A stretch of DNA of 64,000 bases, taken from NCBI GenBank assembly GCA_964648715.1, contig CAZYNM010000007.1, positions 1,436-65,435 of the forward strand, in the 5' to 3' direction. A program made the position numbers and the translations under genes. The DNA comes from an uncultured Pseudomonadales bacterium (GTDB taxonomy: Bacteria; Patescibacteriota; Microgenomatia; UBA1400; PJMF01). The notes below the pieces were generated by a model. That model saw nothing but the letters and a program-made list of their open reading frames with translations. It searched no databases and was not told the DNA's origin. Positions 8,652-17,424 of the stretch are shown here, piece after piece; the first letter of the stretch is position 1; every line of letters begins with the position of its first letter.

Positions 8652-9940
8652 TATTCGTTCTCCCCCACCAGAAATCCACTCAGATCATTACGTCCTACTT
8701 CAATCTTGTACACAGATTTATCAAGTCGTCTGAGTACCACCATTGCAGTTTTTATTTTACGTTCCTTAAGGCGGAAGCTCACTTCTATCACTGGTGCTTT
8801 GGTTTCATCTTTCTCTGTTTGAAACCATAATAAATCGTCTGTACTTAACAGAGACAAGTCCTCAGCAAGCTGGCGTGAGATCGCACTGCGAAACCGGCCT
8901 GTGTTGAGTAATGCCTCGACCGTGTGTTTTGCCTTGGATTCATTCCCAGCATAGACAGCAATTGACGTGCGTGGTGGCGCAATAAGGAGACCATCTTCAG
9001 CTTTAATTTTATCCGCAAAATTTGCAGCAAATAATGCTTGACCAATTTTCACGCCATGTTCTGCGCTTAACACTTGGAGATCACTCACCCGTTCCAATCG
9101 TCTTCTCAAACCAGCACGATTAGCAAGTTGTATAGAAAGTCCTGGATTGGCATTGAGTTCCACAACAAGAGGTCCACTTGTTTCGCTAATGAATAGGTCA
9201 ACACCACAAAACATCAAACCTGCAGCGCTTGCTGCTTCAACAGCAGTTTGCAACGCTTTGCGCCAAACGGGGATTTTAATGCCATTGAGTTTCTTTTTGC
9301 CATCTGCCATGGTAAGTATAGGTTGACCAGTTCCTGTAATGCCATACGTGGTAATACCGGTCGCAATATCAATCCCTACCCCAATAGCACCCTGGTGCAA
9401 ATTTGCCCTTCCTTCGGACTCGGGGGTGGGTAATCGCAGCATAGCCATAACAGGGACTTGATTAAAAACAATGATACGCACGTCTGGCGTTCCTTTATAG
9501 GCATATTTTTGGAACATGGGATGAATGGGGATGCGTTCTTCAATAATAACATTGTGATTTGATCCGTAGGTACTGTACTGTCCATCAAGAATGTCAAAGC
9601 AATGGAGCTTGACCTCATTGAGTGTCCATACTGTGCCAGTAGAATCATGCCAAGCAAGCTCTTTTTCTACTTTACTGCGGAAGATTGCCACGCCTTTACC
9701 AGCATTGCCATCTGTGGGTTTAATCACAAAGTTACTTTCGAGTGTATCCCAAGGAAATTCATTAACATCTTCAATTGAAGTTAAGATGCCATGAACACGT
9801 GCTGTGCCAATATTGCTATTTTGCAGTAAGATCTTGGTAGCATATTTTGAGCTACAAAAACTTTTCGCTTTGGCTGAGTTGAGCGAACAATACTGCTGCT
9901 GACGAGCATTCATGCCGAGAATATCAGAAGATTTCACCAT
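8651..9940 (-). CDS. RimK-like ATP-grasp (alpha-L-glutamate ligase-related, TIGR02291-like) with ~110-aa C-terminal extension of unknown function
   Basis: 429 aa. ...VIKPTDGNAGKGVAIF..., ...MLRLPTPESEGRANLHQGAIGVGIDI..., ...VELNANPGL... are typical of RimK-related ligases usually found next to DUF1704 and 7TM proteins. The C-terminal ~110 aa has no recognisable motif. Confidence 0.7.
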   Translation of the reverse strand: MVKSSDILGMNARQQQYCSLNSAKAKSFCSSKYATKILLQNSNIGTARVHGILTSIEDVNEFPWDTLESNFVIKPTDGNAGKGVAIFRSKVEKELAWHDSTGTVWTLNEVKLHCFDILDGQYSTYGSNHNVIIEERIPIHPMFQKYAYKGTPDVRIIVFNQVPVMAMLRLPTPESEGRANLHQGAIGVGIDIATGITTYGITGTGQPILTMADGKKKLNGIKIPVWRKALQTAVEAASAAGLMFCGVDLFISETSGPLVVELNANPGLSIQLANRAGLRRRLERVSDLQVLSAEHGVKIGQALFAANFADKIKAEDGLLIAPPRTSIAVYAGNESKAKHTVEALLNTGRFRSAISRQLAEDLSLLSTDDLLWFQTEKDETKAPVIEVSFRLKERKIKTAMVVLRRLDKSVYKIEVGRNDLSGFLVGENE

Positions 9941-9946
9941 AGGTTG

Positions 9947-10870
9947 TTATGACTCGATAATAGTGCGGAAACGCAGATACTCCAATAAGCGGAGCCCTTG
10001 GTACTTACCAGCAAGAATATTGCCCAATGCCACAAAGATAATTGTAAGTTCTGGATTAATGAGAACGGTCTGTTGCAGCCCTTCCCAGCCAATCAATAAA
10101 GAACAAACCACTGCAATAAATAGTGTTTCTAGGGTAAGTTGTACTGCTTGCGATTTGGTACTAGAAAGCTGAGTCTCCATGAAGTTTTCCATGAGTAGAA
10201 TCATGATGAGGAGTGGAAAAATGTTAATTCCAATGATCGCATTGAAACCAGTGACTGTGGCTGCGATGAGCATAATCAAGATGACGAGTGACACACCCGA
10301 AATAAGAAGCGCGGTACGCGGAAGGTACTGCAACTTGAGTCGTTGTGTGAGCGGCCTTAACACGACAGTTGCTAACAAAACAACGGCAAACAGTAGCACC
10401 CCTGTGCTAATGCCTGTTGATACAAAAGCCACAGACAACACAGCAGGTATATAGATACCAAAGCCTTGCAGCCCAATCAAGTGCCTTGAAGCAGAGATGA
10501 TTGCTGTGATAGCAGGAAACAAAATGATAAGAACGACGATATTTGCAGGTAGGCCTTTATCTATGGCTCTACGAATGCCATGCTGAAGAAGATTGTGCCA
10601 GCTAAGTGGCTCAATAGGATGTTCATCAAGGTACGCAGCAAGTTTACTTTTTTGTTTGCCTGTTGTTTCAGTGATATCACGATCGCGTTTTTCTTGGATT
10701 TTTTCTTCAACCAGTGCCGAAGCAGATGCCTGTGCACTGGGAGTAGCTGGCTCAACAAGAACAAGCGGAACCTCCGTTGCCTGTGCTTTAACAGCAGTCT
10801 GTGCGGCAACCTGTGTATGGGTGATGCCAAGAAGGAACACCAAGACGCAGGCAGATGCCAGCAGTTTCAT
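9947..10870 (-). CDS. 7TM membrane protein (7TM module of the ATP-grasp/DUF1704-associated family, without fused transglutaminase domain)
   Basis: Start at MKLLASACVLVFLLG (signal-like). N-terminal low-complexity ectodomain, then about seven hydrophobic helices, ending ...LLEYLRFRTIIES. Sits 6 nt upstream of the RimK-like gene, as in described 7TM/ATP-grasp/QEGLA neighbourhoods. The longer listed ORF start (11047) is probably a spurious upstream extension. Confidence 0.6.
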   Translation of the reverse strand: MKLLASACVLVFLLGITHTQVAAQTAVKAQATEVPLVLVEPATPSAQASASALVEEKIQEKRDRDITETTGKQKSKLAAYLDEHPIEPLSWHNLLQHGIRRAIDKGLPANIVVLIILFPAITAIISASRHLIGLQGFGIYIPAVLSVAFVSTGISTGVLLFAVVLLATVVLRPLTQRLKLQYLPRTALLISGVSLVILIMLIAATVTGFNAIIGINIFPLLIMILLMENFMETQLSSTKSQAVQLTLETLFIAVVCSLLIGWEGLQQTVLINPELTIIFVALGNILAGKYQGLRLLEYLRFRTIIES

Positions 10871-10896
10871 ACGGATATTATACCGCACTCTGAGTT

Positions 10897-11259
10897 TTAA
10901 ATGAAGATTTTGACTAATGGCTGAAAAAAGCCGATCAGTAGAGAGATAATCATGATAGAAAAAAACTGATTGACATGGACTCCAAAAATGAGCATAGCGC
11001 TGATAGAGAATCCGGGAACCAAATAGAGTGCCAAGTACAGTAAGCATGTGTTGAGCACTGTAGAAAAAAGGCCAAGGGTAATGATATTAATAGGTAGAAA
11101 GAAAATTTTGAGTACCGGGCGAATAACGCCATACAGTATTGTTAATACAACACTGGCAATGAGAAGTGTAAGCCAGTTACTAAAGTTAACTGTTGGCAGT
11201 ACCCAAGCCAAGACGAACAACGTAATTGCGGTGCGAATAATAGGTCGTAACATAGCCAA
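10897..11259 (-). CDS. Small 4-TM membrane protein (PF04020 / phage-holin-4-like family)
   Basis: 120 aa, four hydrophobic segments; the pattern resembles the DUF360/Phage_holin_4_2 family. No lysis genes nearby, so a holin role is not implied. Confidence 0.45.
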   Translation of the reverse strand: MAMLRPIIRTAITLFVLAWVLPTVNFSNWLTLLIASVVLTILYGVIRPVLKIFFLPINIITLGLFSTVLNTCLLYLALYLVPGFSISAMLIFGVHVNQFFSIMIISLLIGFFQPLVKIFI

Positions 11260-11271
11260 AGTATACCGTAT

Positions 11272-12594
11272 TTATTCTTGTTCTACCATGGCACGTGTTG
11301 CTCTCCGGTGATGTTGTTTTTTGGAAAAACGATGTGCTTCGTCTCTGAGTTTTTGCACGATCATCAATGCTGGATTTTGTGGAGGCAGTAGCAGCTCTTT
11401 ATACTGCCAGGCATGACTCTTTTCTGAGTGTTGTTTGTGCAACCACAGCTGCAACGGGAAGATCAGCCGATCAGGGTCTTTGGCAATACTTATCACCGGT
11501 GCGTGTCCGTTCCAGGTAAGTAGTGCAGCACGAAGCTGTCCTTTGCCTCCATCAATTACCAGAAGATCAGGGGTACCCCACTCGGGATGGTTCTGGCGAC
11601 GTGTGAGTGCTTCTTTCAGCATGTAATAGTCATTGGGCGTGGTGAGGGAACGTATATTAAACAAGCGATATTCACTGGGTTCTGGCTCTCCATCAATGCT
11701 CACCACTTGTGCCACAGCAGCGTTGGTTCCTTGGGTATTACTGACGTCATAACACTCTATTCGTTTTAGTGGATAGGTTTGTGGAGTCCCACAGTACTCA
11801 TGAAGATAGTGGGTCAGTTGGATGATCCCATTCTCGGTGGTGCTGGTGGCAAGATGGGCCTGAAGTAACAGGTCTGGTTTGAGTTTGTACTGTGGACTAG
11901 TTACTTCTGTAATGAGGCGGGCTTGATCACGAAATACAGCAGCTTTCTCAAATTCTTTTGTGGCTGCTGCCTCTTTCATCTTGTGGGTGAGATCTTTTTT
12001 TACTTCAGATGTTTTGCCGCGCAAAAAAAGCACAAGGTCATGCATGCTGTCTTTGTATTGTTCTGCATCAACAGTGTGGGCACATACTCCAGGGCATAAG
12101 TGAAGGTGATAATAAAAGCAAGGTCGAGTGTTCGCGTTTACGCGTTGAGCATTGCACCAAGGGAAAATAGGGCGAACAATACGTAAGACTTCTTTTACTT
12201 TGTATGCACTTTGAAAGGGTCCAAGTATAGTTCCTTTAGGTTTTTTCTTATCAAGTTCTTGTTTACGCATGGTGAGCACTCGAGGAAAGGCTTCCTCCGT
12301 AATATGAATGTACAGAGGGCTTTTATCATCTTTAAGCAAGATGTTGAAAGGAGGAAGATAGGTGTGAATGAGCTCTGCCTCGGTGAGCAATGCTTCTAAT
12401 TCGCTCTCAAGAACCAGATGCTTCAGTGCGACAGCAGTGTGGACTAATTGTTTTGTTTTGGGTTGCAGGCGAGTAACGTAGGTATACGATGAGACCCGTT
12501 TTTTAAGGTCTTTGGCCTTGCCAACATACAATACGCTACCGTTTTCGTTTAAAAACCAGTAGACCCCAGGCAGAGATGGCAACGATGAGACCAC
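11272..12594 (-). CDS. uvrC: Excinuclease ABC subunit C, short form lacking C-terminal (HhH)2 domain
   Basis: GIY-YIG (PGVYWFLNENGSVLYVGKAKDLKKRVSSY) and Endo-V-like region (LVIDGGKGQL ... KLRDEAHRF); ends right after, so the HhH2 domain is missing. No ATG between the upstream gene's stop and the GIY motif. GTG at 12594 is proposed as start, giving a 59-nt overlap with the upstream gene. Confidence 0.75.
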   Translation of the reverse strand: MVSSLPSLPGVYWFLNENGSVLYVGKAKDLKKRVSSYTYVTRLQPKTKQLVHTAVALKHLVLESELEALLTEAELIHTYLPPFNILLKDDKSPLYIHITEEAFPRVLTMRKQELDKKKPKGTILGPFQSAYKVKEVLRIVRPIFPWCNAQRVNANTRPCFYYHLHLCPGVCAHTVDAEQYKDSMHDLVLFLRGKTSEVKKDLTHKMKEAAATKEFEKAAVFRDQARLITEVTSPQYKLKPDLLLQAHLATSTTENGIIQLTHYLHEYCGTPQTYPLKRIECYDVSNTQGTNAAVAQVVSIDGEPEPSEYRLFNIRSLTTPNDYYMLKEALTRRQNHPEWGTPDLLVIDGGKGQLRAALLTWNGHAPVISIAKDPDRLIFPLQLWLHKQHSEKSHAWQYKELLLPPQNPALMIVQKLRDEAHRFSKKQHHRRATRAMVEQE

Positions 12595-14392
12595 CTGCGA
12601 CCACAGTAAGGACTTGGGTTTGGTCTGAGATTGTGCGGAGAACTTTGGGTCCGGCTGTGAGAGTGGCGGTATGCGTTGTGACATAATTTTCATTGGAAAG
12701 TGCGGCAGATACTGTCACATTTCCTGTTTGTATACTGTACCCGTTGCTTGGAGCACTGTGAACTACAATTTCTTTAGTTTGAAACGGAAGTAGCGTATCA
12801 ATAGTGTAGCGACCGGGATCTATCAGTGCCCCATTGGAACCAACCAGTTGTACATCTACATTATACCAGGCTACTCCAGTCTTGTTAGTTACTGCAAGAG
12901 TGTGCAATCCGGGTATTTTGAGACCCAGGAGCGACTTGGGCATGAACATAATGGCGAGATCAGGTTGGGTATCTGGGAAGGTAGTAGCTAAATCAACAGA
13001 GATATCTTGAGTTGAAACATGATCAGCTTTATAAGAGCCAGCTGGATACGGTGTGGTGCTTGATATGCCGTTTATTGCAAAGGTGATGTGGTTGAGGTCA
13101 AATTGATGAAAGTAGTCAACTCCACCTGTCGTATTTTGCCAAGTTGGATCAACTTGTTTCCAGTGTTGTGTTGCTTCATCAAAATATTCTGGCCAAGCAT
13201 GTAATACATCGGCAGCATAACTAAGCGGTTTAAGTGCTTTATTTTGTGTGTAGGCATATCCGGTGAGGCGTCGAGCAGCCACTCCTTGTGCCCGCGCCAA
13301 TGCCACAAAGAGATCAGTGAACTCTTGGCATACTGCTTGAGTGGGTGCTGCAAGCGCGGCACGAGCTCCTTTGCGAGGGAGTATCTCTCCTTTATCAACA
13401 CTCTCATATGAATAGGTCAAACTCTTCACGACATAGGTGTACAAGCTCTCTACTCCTGCATGTGAAGCAGCAAGCTCTTTGATCTTTGCATCAGTACTTT
13501 CCCAATACTTTTGGTCAGCAAAGTGATCTGGAGTGGGATGCTGGGTGGTCACGATAGTAGAAGGCTCAAGCGTCACTTTTACATTGGCTGTAAGGTACAC
13601 AGGTTGTTGGGTATTGGGAGGAATGTGATAGGTAGCTATCCAGTTGCCGTCCGCATCAACCGAGATGTCATTGGTAGGTGGCTCAAGTGAGAGATACTGT
13701 ACCCGCTGGTATGCGGTATCTGGTGGCAGCGCAACTTGCATAAAACCAGGGTTACTACTGGCATTTTGGAGGTTATATCGCAAGGTGAGCGTGAAGAATT
13801 GTTCAGTCCCAAATACAGCCACAATTGGTTGCTGATTCACATCAGCGAAGCGCGTTGTAATGAAAGCACCATCAAGTTGTGAGACGCCCGTTTGTGGAGA
13901 AATTCGCACTGGGTTTCCAAAAGAAAATGGAGTGCGTAAAATGATGCTGTGTTCTTTATAGTTTTCATCTGTACTAAACGGGGGGATCTGCACTTCTAGA
14001 ACTTTACCTGCTCTTTGTGCAAGCTCAGTGCTCTCATATCGTACGGTGAACGTGTGGCTTTTGCCCTCTCCCACTACATCGTCTGGAAATGTGATGAGAA
14101 TACTAGTGGCTGTACCAGAAGTAGTGATGGTTGGTTCAAGATTTTTGCCATTGTACTCTACCGTTACATTACTCAAATTGGTAGCGTAAAGCGATAAGGA
14201 GTACTGTTTGAGAAAAACGGTGGGGAGCAAATTCTTAATGGTAAATTGATGTGTGATAACAGTGTTGCCAGATTCGGAAACTGTATATGTAGTAGTGAGG
14301 CGGTTCTCAAATGACTGCTCCGCTTTGACTGGCGAGACACCCCACGCCATGAGTGTTACACATATAAAAAAAACTACTAGTGCACCACGCAT
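12536..14392 (-). CDS. Secreted transglutaminase-like (papain-fold Cys-His-Asp) protein with C-terminal TM anchor
   Basis: 618 aa. Signal peptide (MRGALVVFFICVTLMAWGVSPVKA). Transglutaminase core AVCQEFTDLF ... LHAWPEYF ... WKQVDPTW (Cys/His/Asp intact). C-terminal hydrophobic anchor plus KRKR. Confidence 0.75.
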   Translation of the reverse strand: MRGALVVFFICVTLMAWGVSPVKAEQSFENRLTTTYTVSESGNTVITHQFTIKNLLPTVFLKQYSLSLYATNLSNVTVEYNGKNLEPTITTSGTATSILITFPDDVVGEGKSHTFTVRYESTELAQRAGKVLEVQIPPFSTDENYKEHSIILRTPFSFGNPVRISPQTGVSQLDGAFITTRFADVNQQPIVAVFGTEQFFTLTLRYNLQNASSNPGFMQVALPPDTAYQRVQYLSLEPPTNDISVDADGNWIATYHIPPNTQQPVYLTANVKVTLEPSTIVTTQHPTPDHFADQKYWESTDAKIKELAASHAGVESLYTYVVKSLTYSYESVDKGEILPRKGARAALAAPTQAVCQEFTDLFVALARAQGVAARRLTGYAYTQNKALKPLSYAADVLHAWPEYFDEATQHWKQVDPTWQNTTGGVDYFHQFDLNHITFAINGISSTTPYPAGSYKADHVSTQDISVDLATTFPDTQPDLAIMFMPKSLLGLKIPGLHTLAVTNKTGVAWYNVDVQLVGSNGALIDPGRYTIDTLLPFQTKEIVVHSAPSNGYSIQTGNVTVSAALSNENYVTTHTATLTAGPKVLRTISDQTQVLTVVAGGLIVAISAWGLLVFKRKR

Positions 14393-14425
14393 ATGGCCTC
14401 ATTGTAGAAGAAAAAGATCTCTTTG

Positions 14426-17389
14426 TCAGGATGCGCTCTCGAACTCTTCTTTAAGGAAGACCCCCGTATGTGATTCTGGGTTTTGAGCCACCTCCCTGGG
14501 CGTGCCTGTCGCAATCACTTCACCACCGTGTGCTCCGCCTTCTGGCCCCAGATCAATGACCCAGTCAGTGTTTTTAATAATATCCAAGTTGTGCTCAATG
14601 ACAATGACAGTATTGTCTTGTTTGACTAGCTGGTTAAGAACATCGAGTAATTTTTGAACATCAGCGAAATGGAGTCCAGTCGTTGGCTCATCAAGAAGGT
14701 AGATAGTGTGTTCATAACTTCGTGTAGAAAGCTCTTTAGCCAGCTTAACGCGTTGTGCTTCGCCTCCGCTCAATGTAGGAGCTGGCTGCCCAAGATGAAT
14801 GTAGCCCAATCCAACTGCTTGCAGTGTCTCCAACTTGCGAGCAATGGTCCCGGTATCTTTGAAGAACACCGCTGCCTCATCAACCGTAAGTTCAAGTACT
14901 TCTGTGATGTTTTTGCCCTTATAGAGCACTTCAAGTGTTTCTTGGTTATAGCGCTTACCATGGCACACATCGCACGTTACATAGACGTCTGGCAAAAACT
15001 GCATCTCAATTTTGAGTTGTCCATCACCCTGGCACGCCTCACAGCGACCACCTTTGACGTTGAAGCTAAATCTTCCTGATTGATAGCCACGAATGCGCGC
15101 GTCTTGTGTTTGGGTAAATAGCTGGCGGATGTAATCAAATATTTTGGTGTAGGTTGCTGGATTTGAGCGAGGTGTTTTACCAATAGGACTTTGGTCAATC
15201 AGTGAGACTCTTTTGACAGTATCTGGGACACTGATGCGCTCTATCTCTCCTCCAATCCCTTCAGTTTGCTTGTTGAGATGTTTACACAAATGATAGTACA
15301 ACGTCTCATACAGGAGCGTTGACTTGCCTGATCCAGAAACGCCCGAAATACAGACTAGTTTACCCAACGGAAATTCCACATCAACGTGCTTAAGATTATG
15401 GTGGTGTGCCCCAAATATTCTTAAGTATGGTGATGCGGATTGTACGTCTGGATCAGTGTACGAACGCTCTGTGGTATGCTCACGAGCCAGTGACACATCT
15501 TTTTTGCGGCTAAGGTACTTGCCCGTGAGTGAAGTACTCTGCTTCATGAGCTGTTCTGGCGTTCCAGCTGCCACAATGGTCCCGCCGTGTTGTCCTGCAC
15601 CCGGCCCAAAATCAACAATGTGATCTGCAGCTAACATGACATCTCGGTCATGTTCTACTACTACCACAGTATTCCCTTTTTCTTGCAAATTCTTGAGTGT
15701 TTCAATAAGACGCCTATTATCTCGTTGATGTAATCCAATAGTTGGTTCGTCCAAGATGTACAAAACACCCGTCAAACCAGTACCAATTTGTGAAGCAAGT
15801 CTGATGCGCTGTGCCTCTCCACCCGCAAGAGTGGCAGCTTCACGGTGAAGTGTGAGGTATTCTAAGCCTACAGCAGTTAGGAACTCCAATCTACTGATTA
15901 TTTCTTTAAGGATTGAAACAGCTATTTTTTTATCTTTATCAGAAATGCTTTCACTTTGATTGAGTAAAGTCATAAAATAGAGACATGCATCTATGGGCAT
16001 CTTGACTACCTCAGCAATAGATTTTTCTGCAATTTTTACATTGAGTGGCTCTGGTTTCAAGCGATCTCCCAAACAACTGGGACATACCTGCCTATTCATA
16101 AATGCTTCGATTTCAGAACGAATAAATTGTGAATCGGTCTCGCTGTAGCGACGCTCTAGGTTGGTCACAAAACCTTCAAACTTTTCTTGAATAGCAGTTT
16201 CTTTACCAAATCTGTTCTCACCACTCACAGTGTATATTTTGTCTGAACCGTACAATAACAATTGTTGTGTGGGAACTGGAATCTCTTCAAAGGGTGTTTT
16301 CCTAAAATCAATACCCGCCTCCTCTGTTACTGTTCTTACTAGCCTTGACCACCAGCTATCGCTGCTGAGTACACGAGCAAAGGGAATAATTGCACCCTCG
16401 CTGAGGGAAAGTGCTGGAGCCAGCATCTTGTGTGTGTCAATTTTGAGCAAGGTTCCTAATCCGTGGCAAGTCTCGCAAGCTCCTTGTGGCGAGTTGAAAG
16501 AAAAGGCTCTGGGCTCTAGTTCGGGAAATGAGGTCCCACAGGTGTTGCAGGCACGTTTTTCGCTATAGGTAGTATCACTATATTTTTGTGGATGATCCGG
16601 AAAAGTAAGACTTTCATCAAGAATACAGCTAGCAACTACCGTACCATCAGACAATTTGAGTGCTTCTTCTACTGTTTGAGTAATTCTACTTCGCAGAGTT
16701 TTATATGATGCTTCATTCTTCAGTTCCTGTGATGAGATGACCACACGATCAACAATCACTTCTATAGTGTGTTTATTGTTTTTAAGCAAGCTAAATTGTT
16801 CAGCAAAACTAAAAACACTACCATCAATTCTCACACGGTTGTATCCTTTTTTTTGGAGATTCTCAAATAAGCCCTGGAACTCTCCTTTGCGATCTTGGAC
16901 AACAGGTGACAAAATGAAAAAACGTGCAGGTTGTAAAACTGAATGGTCTCTCATCTGTACAAAGATTTTCTCAACTATCTCATCAACTGTCTGTGTAGAT
17001 ATCGGCGTAGAACAAGTGGGACAGTACTGCACACCAATGCGTGCAAATAATAGACGCAAATAGTCATAAATTTCGGTAATGGTACCTACTGTGGAGCGGG
17101 GGTTGTGTGATGTGGTTTTCTGATCAATGGAAATAGCAGGCGACAAACCTTCAATATGATCAACATCTGGTTTGTGCATGACTCCCAGAAATTGACGTGC
17201 GTACGAAGAAAGACTTTCTACATAGCGTCGTTGTCCTTCTGCATAGAGAGTGTCAAATGCTAATGAGCTCTTTCCACTACCGGACAATCCAGTGAAAACC
17301 ACTAGCTTGTTTTTGGGAATGGTAAGCGAAACATTTTTGAGGTTATGTTCGCGTGCACCAGTGACTGTAATCGTATCGTGTGTACTCAT
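14426..17389 (-). CDS. uvrA: Excinuclease ABC subunit A
   Basis: N-terminus VTGAREHNLKNVSLTIPKNKLVVFTGLSGSGKSSLAFDTLYAEGQRRYVESLSSYARQF; two ABC ATPase halves; zinc-finger Cys clusters. Start taken at MSTHD. Confidence 0.95.
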   Translation of the reverse strand: MSTHDTITVTGAREHNLKNVSLTIPKNKLVVFTGLSGSGKSSLAFDTLYAEGQRRYVESLSSYARQFLGVMHKPDVDHIEGLSPAISIDQKTTSHNPRSTVGTITEIYDYLRLLFARIGVQYCPTCSTPISTQTVDEIVEKIFVQMRDHSVLQPARFFILSPVVQDRKGEFQGLFENLQKKGYNRVRIDGSVFSFAEQFSLLKNNKHTIEVIVDRVVISSQELKNEASYKTLRSRITQTVEEALKLSDGTVVASCILDESLTFPDHPQKYSDTTYSEKRACNTCGTSFPELEPRAFSFNSPQGACETCHGLGTLLKIDTHKMLAPALSLSEGAIIPFARVLSSDSWWSRLVRTVTEEAGIDFRKTPFEEIPVPTQQLLLYGSDKIYTVSGENRFGKETAIQEKFEGFVTNLERRYSETDSQFIRSEIEAFMNRQVCPSCLGDRLKPEPLNVKIAEKSIAEVVKMPIDACLYFMTLLNQSESISDKDKKIAVSILKEIISRLEFLTAVGLEYLTLHREAATLAGGEAQRIRLASQIGTGLTGVLYILDEPTIGLHQRDNRRLIETLKNLQEKGNTVVVVEHDRDVMLAADHIVDFGPGAGQHGGTIVAAGTPEQLMKQSTSLTGKYLSRKKDVSLAREHTTERSYTDPDVQSASPYLRIFGAHHHNLKHVDVEFPLGKLVCISGVSGSGKSTLLYETLYYHLCKHLNKQTEGIGGEIERISVPDTVKRVSLIDQSPIGKTPRSNPATYTKIFDYIRQLFTQTQDARIRGYQSGRFSFNVKGGRCEACQGDGQLKIEMQFLPDVYVTCDVCHGKRYNQETLEVLYKGKNITEVLELTVDEAAVFFKDTGTIARKLETLQAVGLGYIHLGQPAPTLSGGEAQRVKLAKELSTRSYEHTIYLLDEPTTGLHFADVQKLLDVLNQLVKQDNTVIVIEHNLDIIKNTDWVIDLGPEGGAHGGEVIATGTPREVAQNPESHTGVFLKEEFESAS

Positions 17390-17424
17390 ATTAAACGAGA
17401 GCATCCAGTATATCGTATGTTCGT

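Noticed and set aside
10870-11047. Longer N-terminal extension of the 7TM protein (listed ORF start at 11047) and of uvrB, uvrA, PGM, holA, DUF45, CMPK-like and the membrane protein at 58238
   Set aside because: The upstream extensions lack signal/TM logic and overlap neighbouring genes or tRNAs. Internal Met starts give canonical N-termini (signal peptide, UvrA/UvrB/PGM consensus starts).
10897-11259. PF04020-like membrane protein as phage holin / prophage marker
   Set aside because: No endolysin, capsid, terminase or integrase genes nearby, and the family is widespread as a non-phage small membrane protein. A mobile-element call is not supported.
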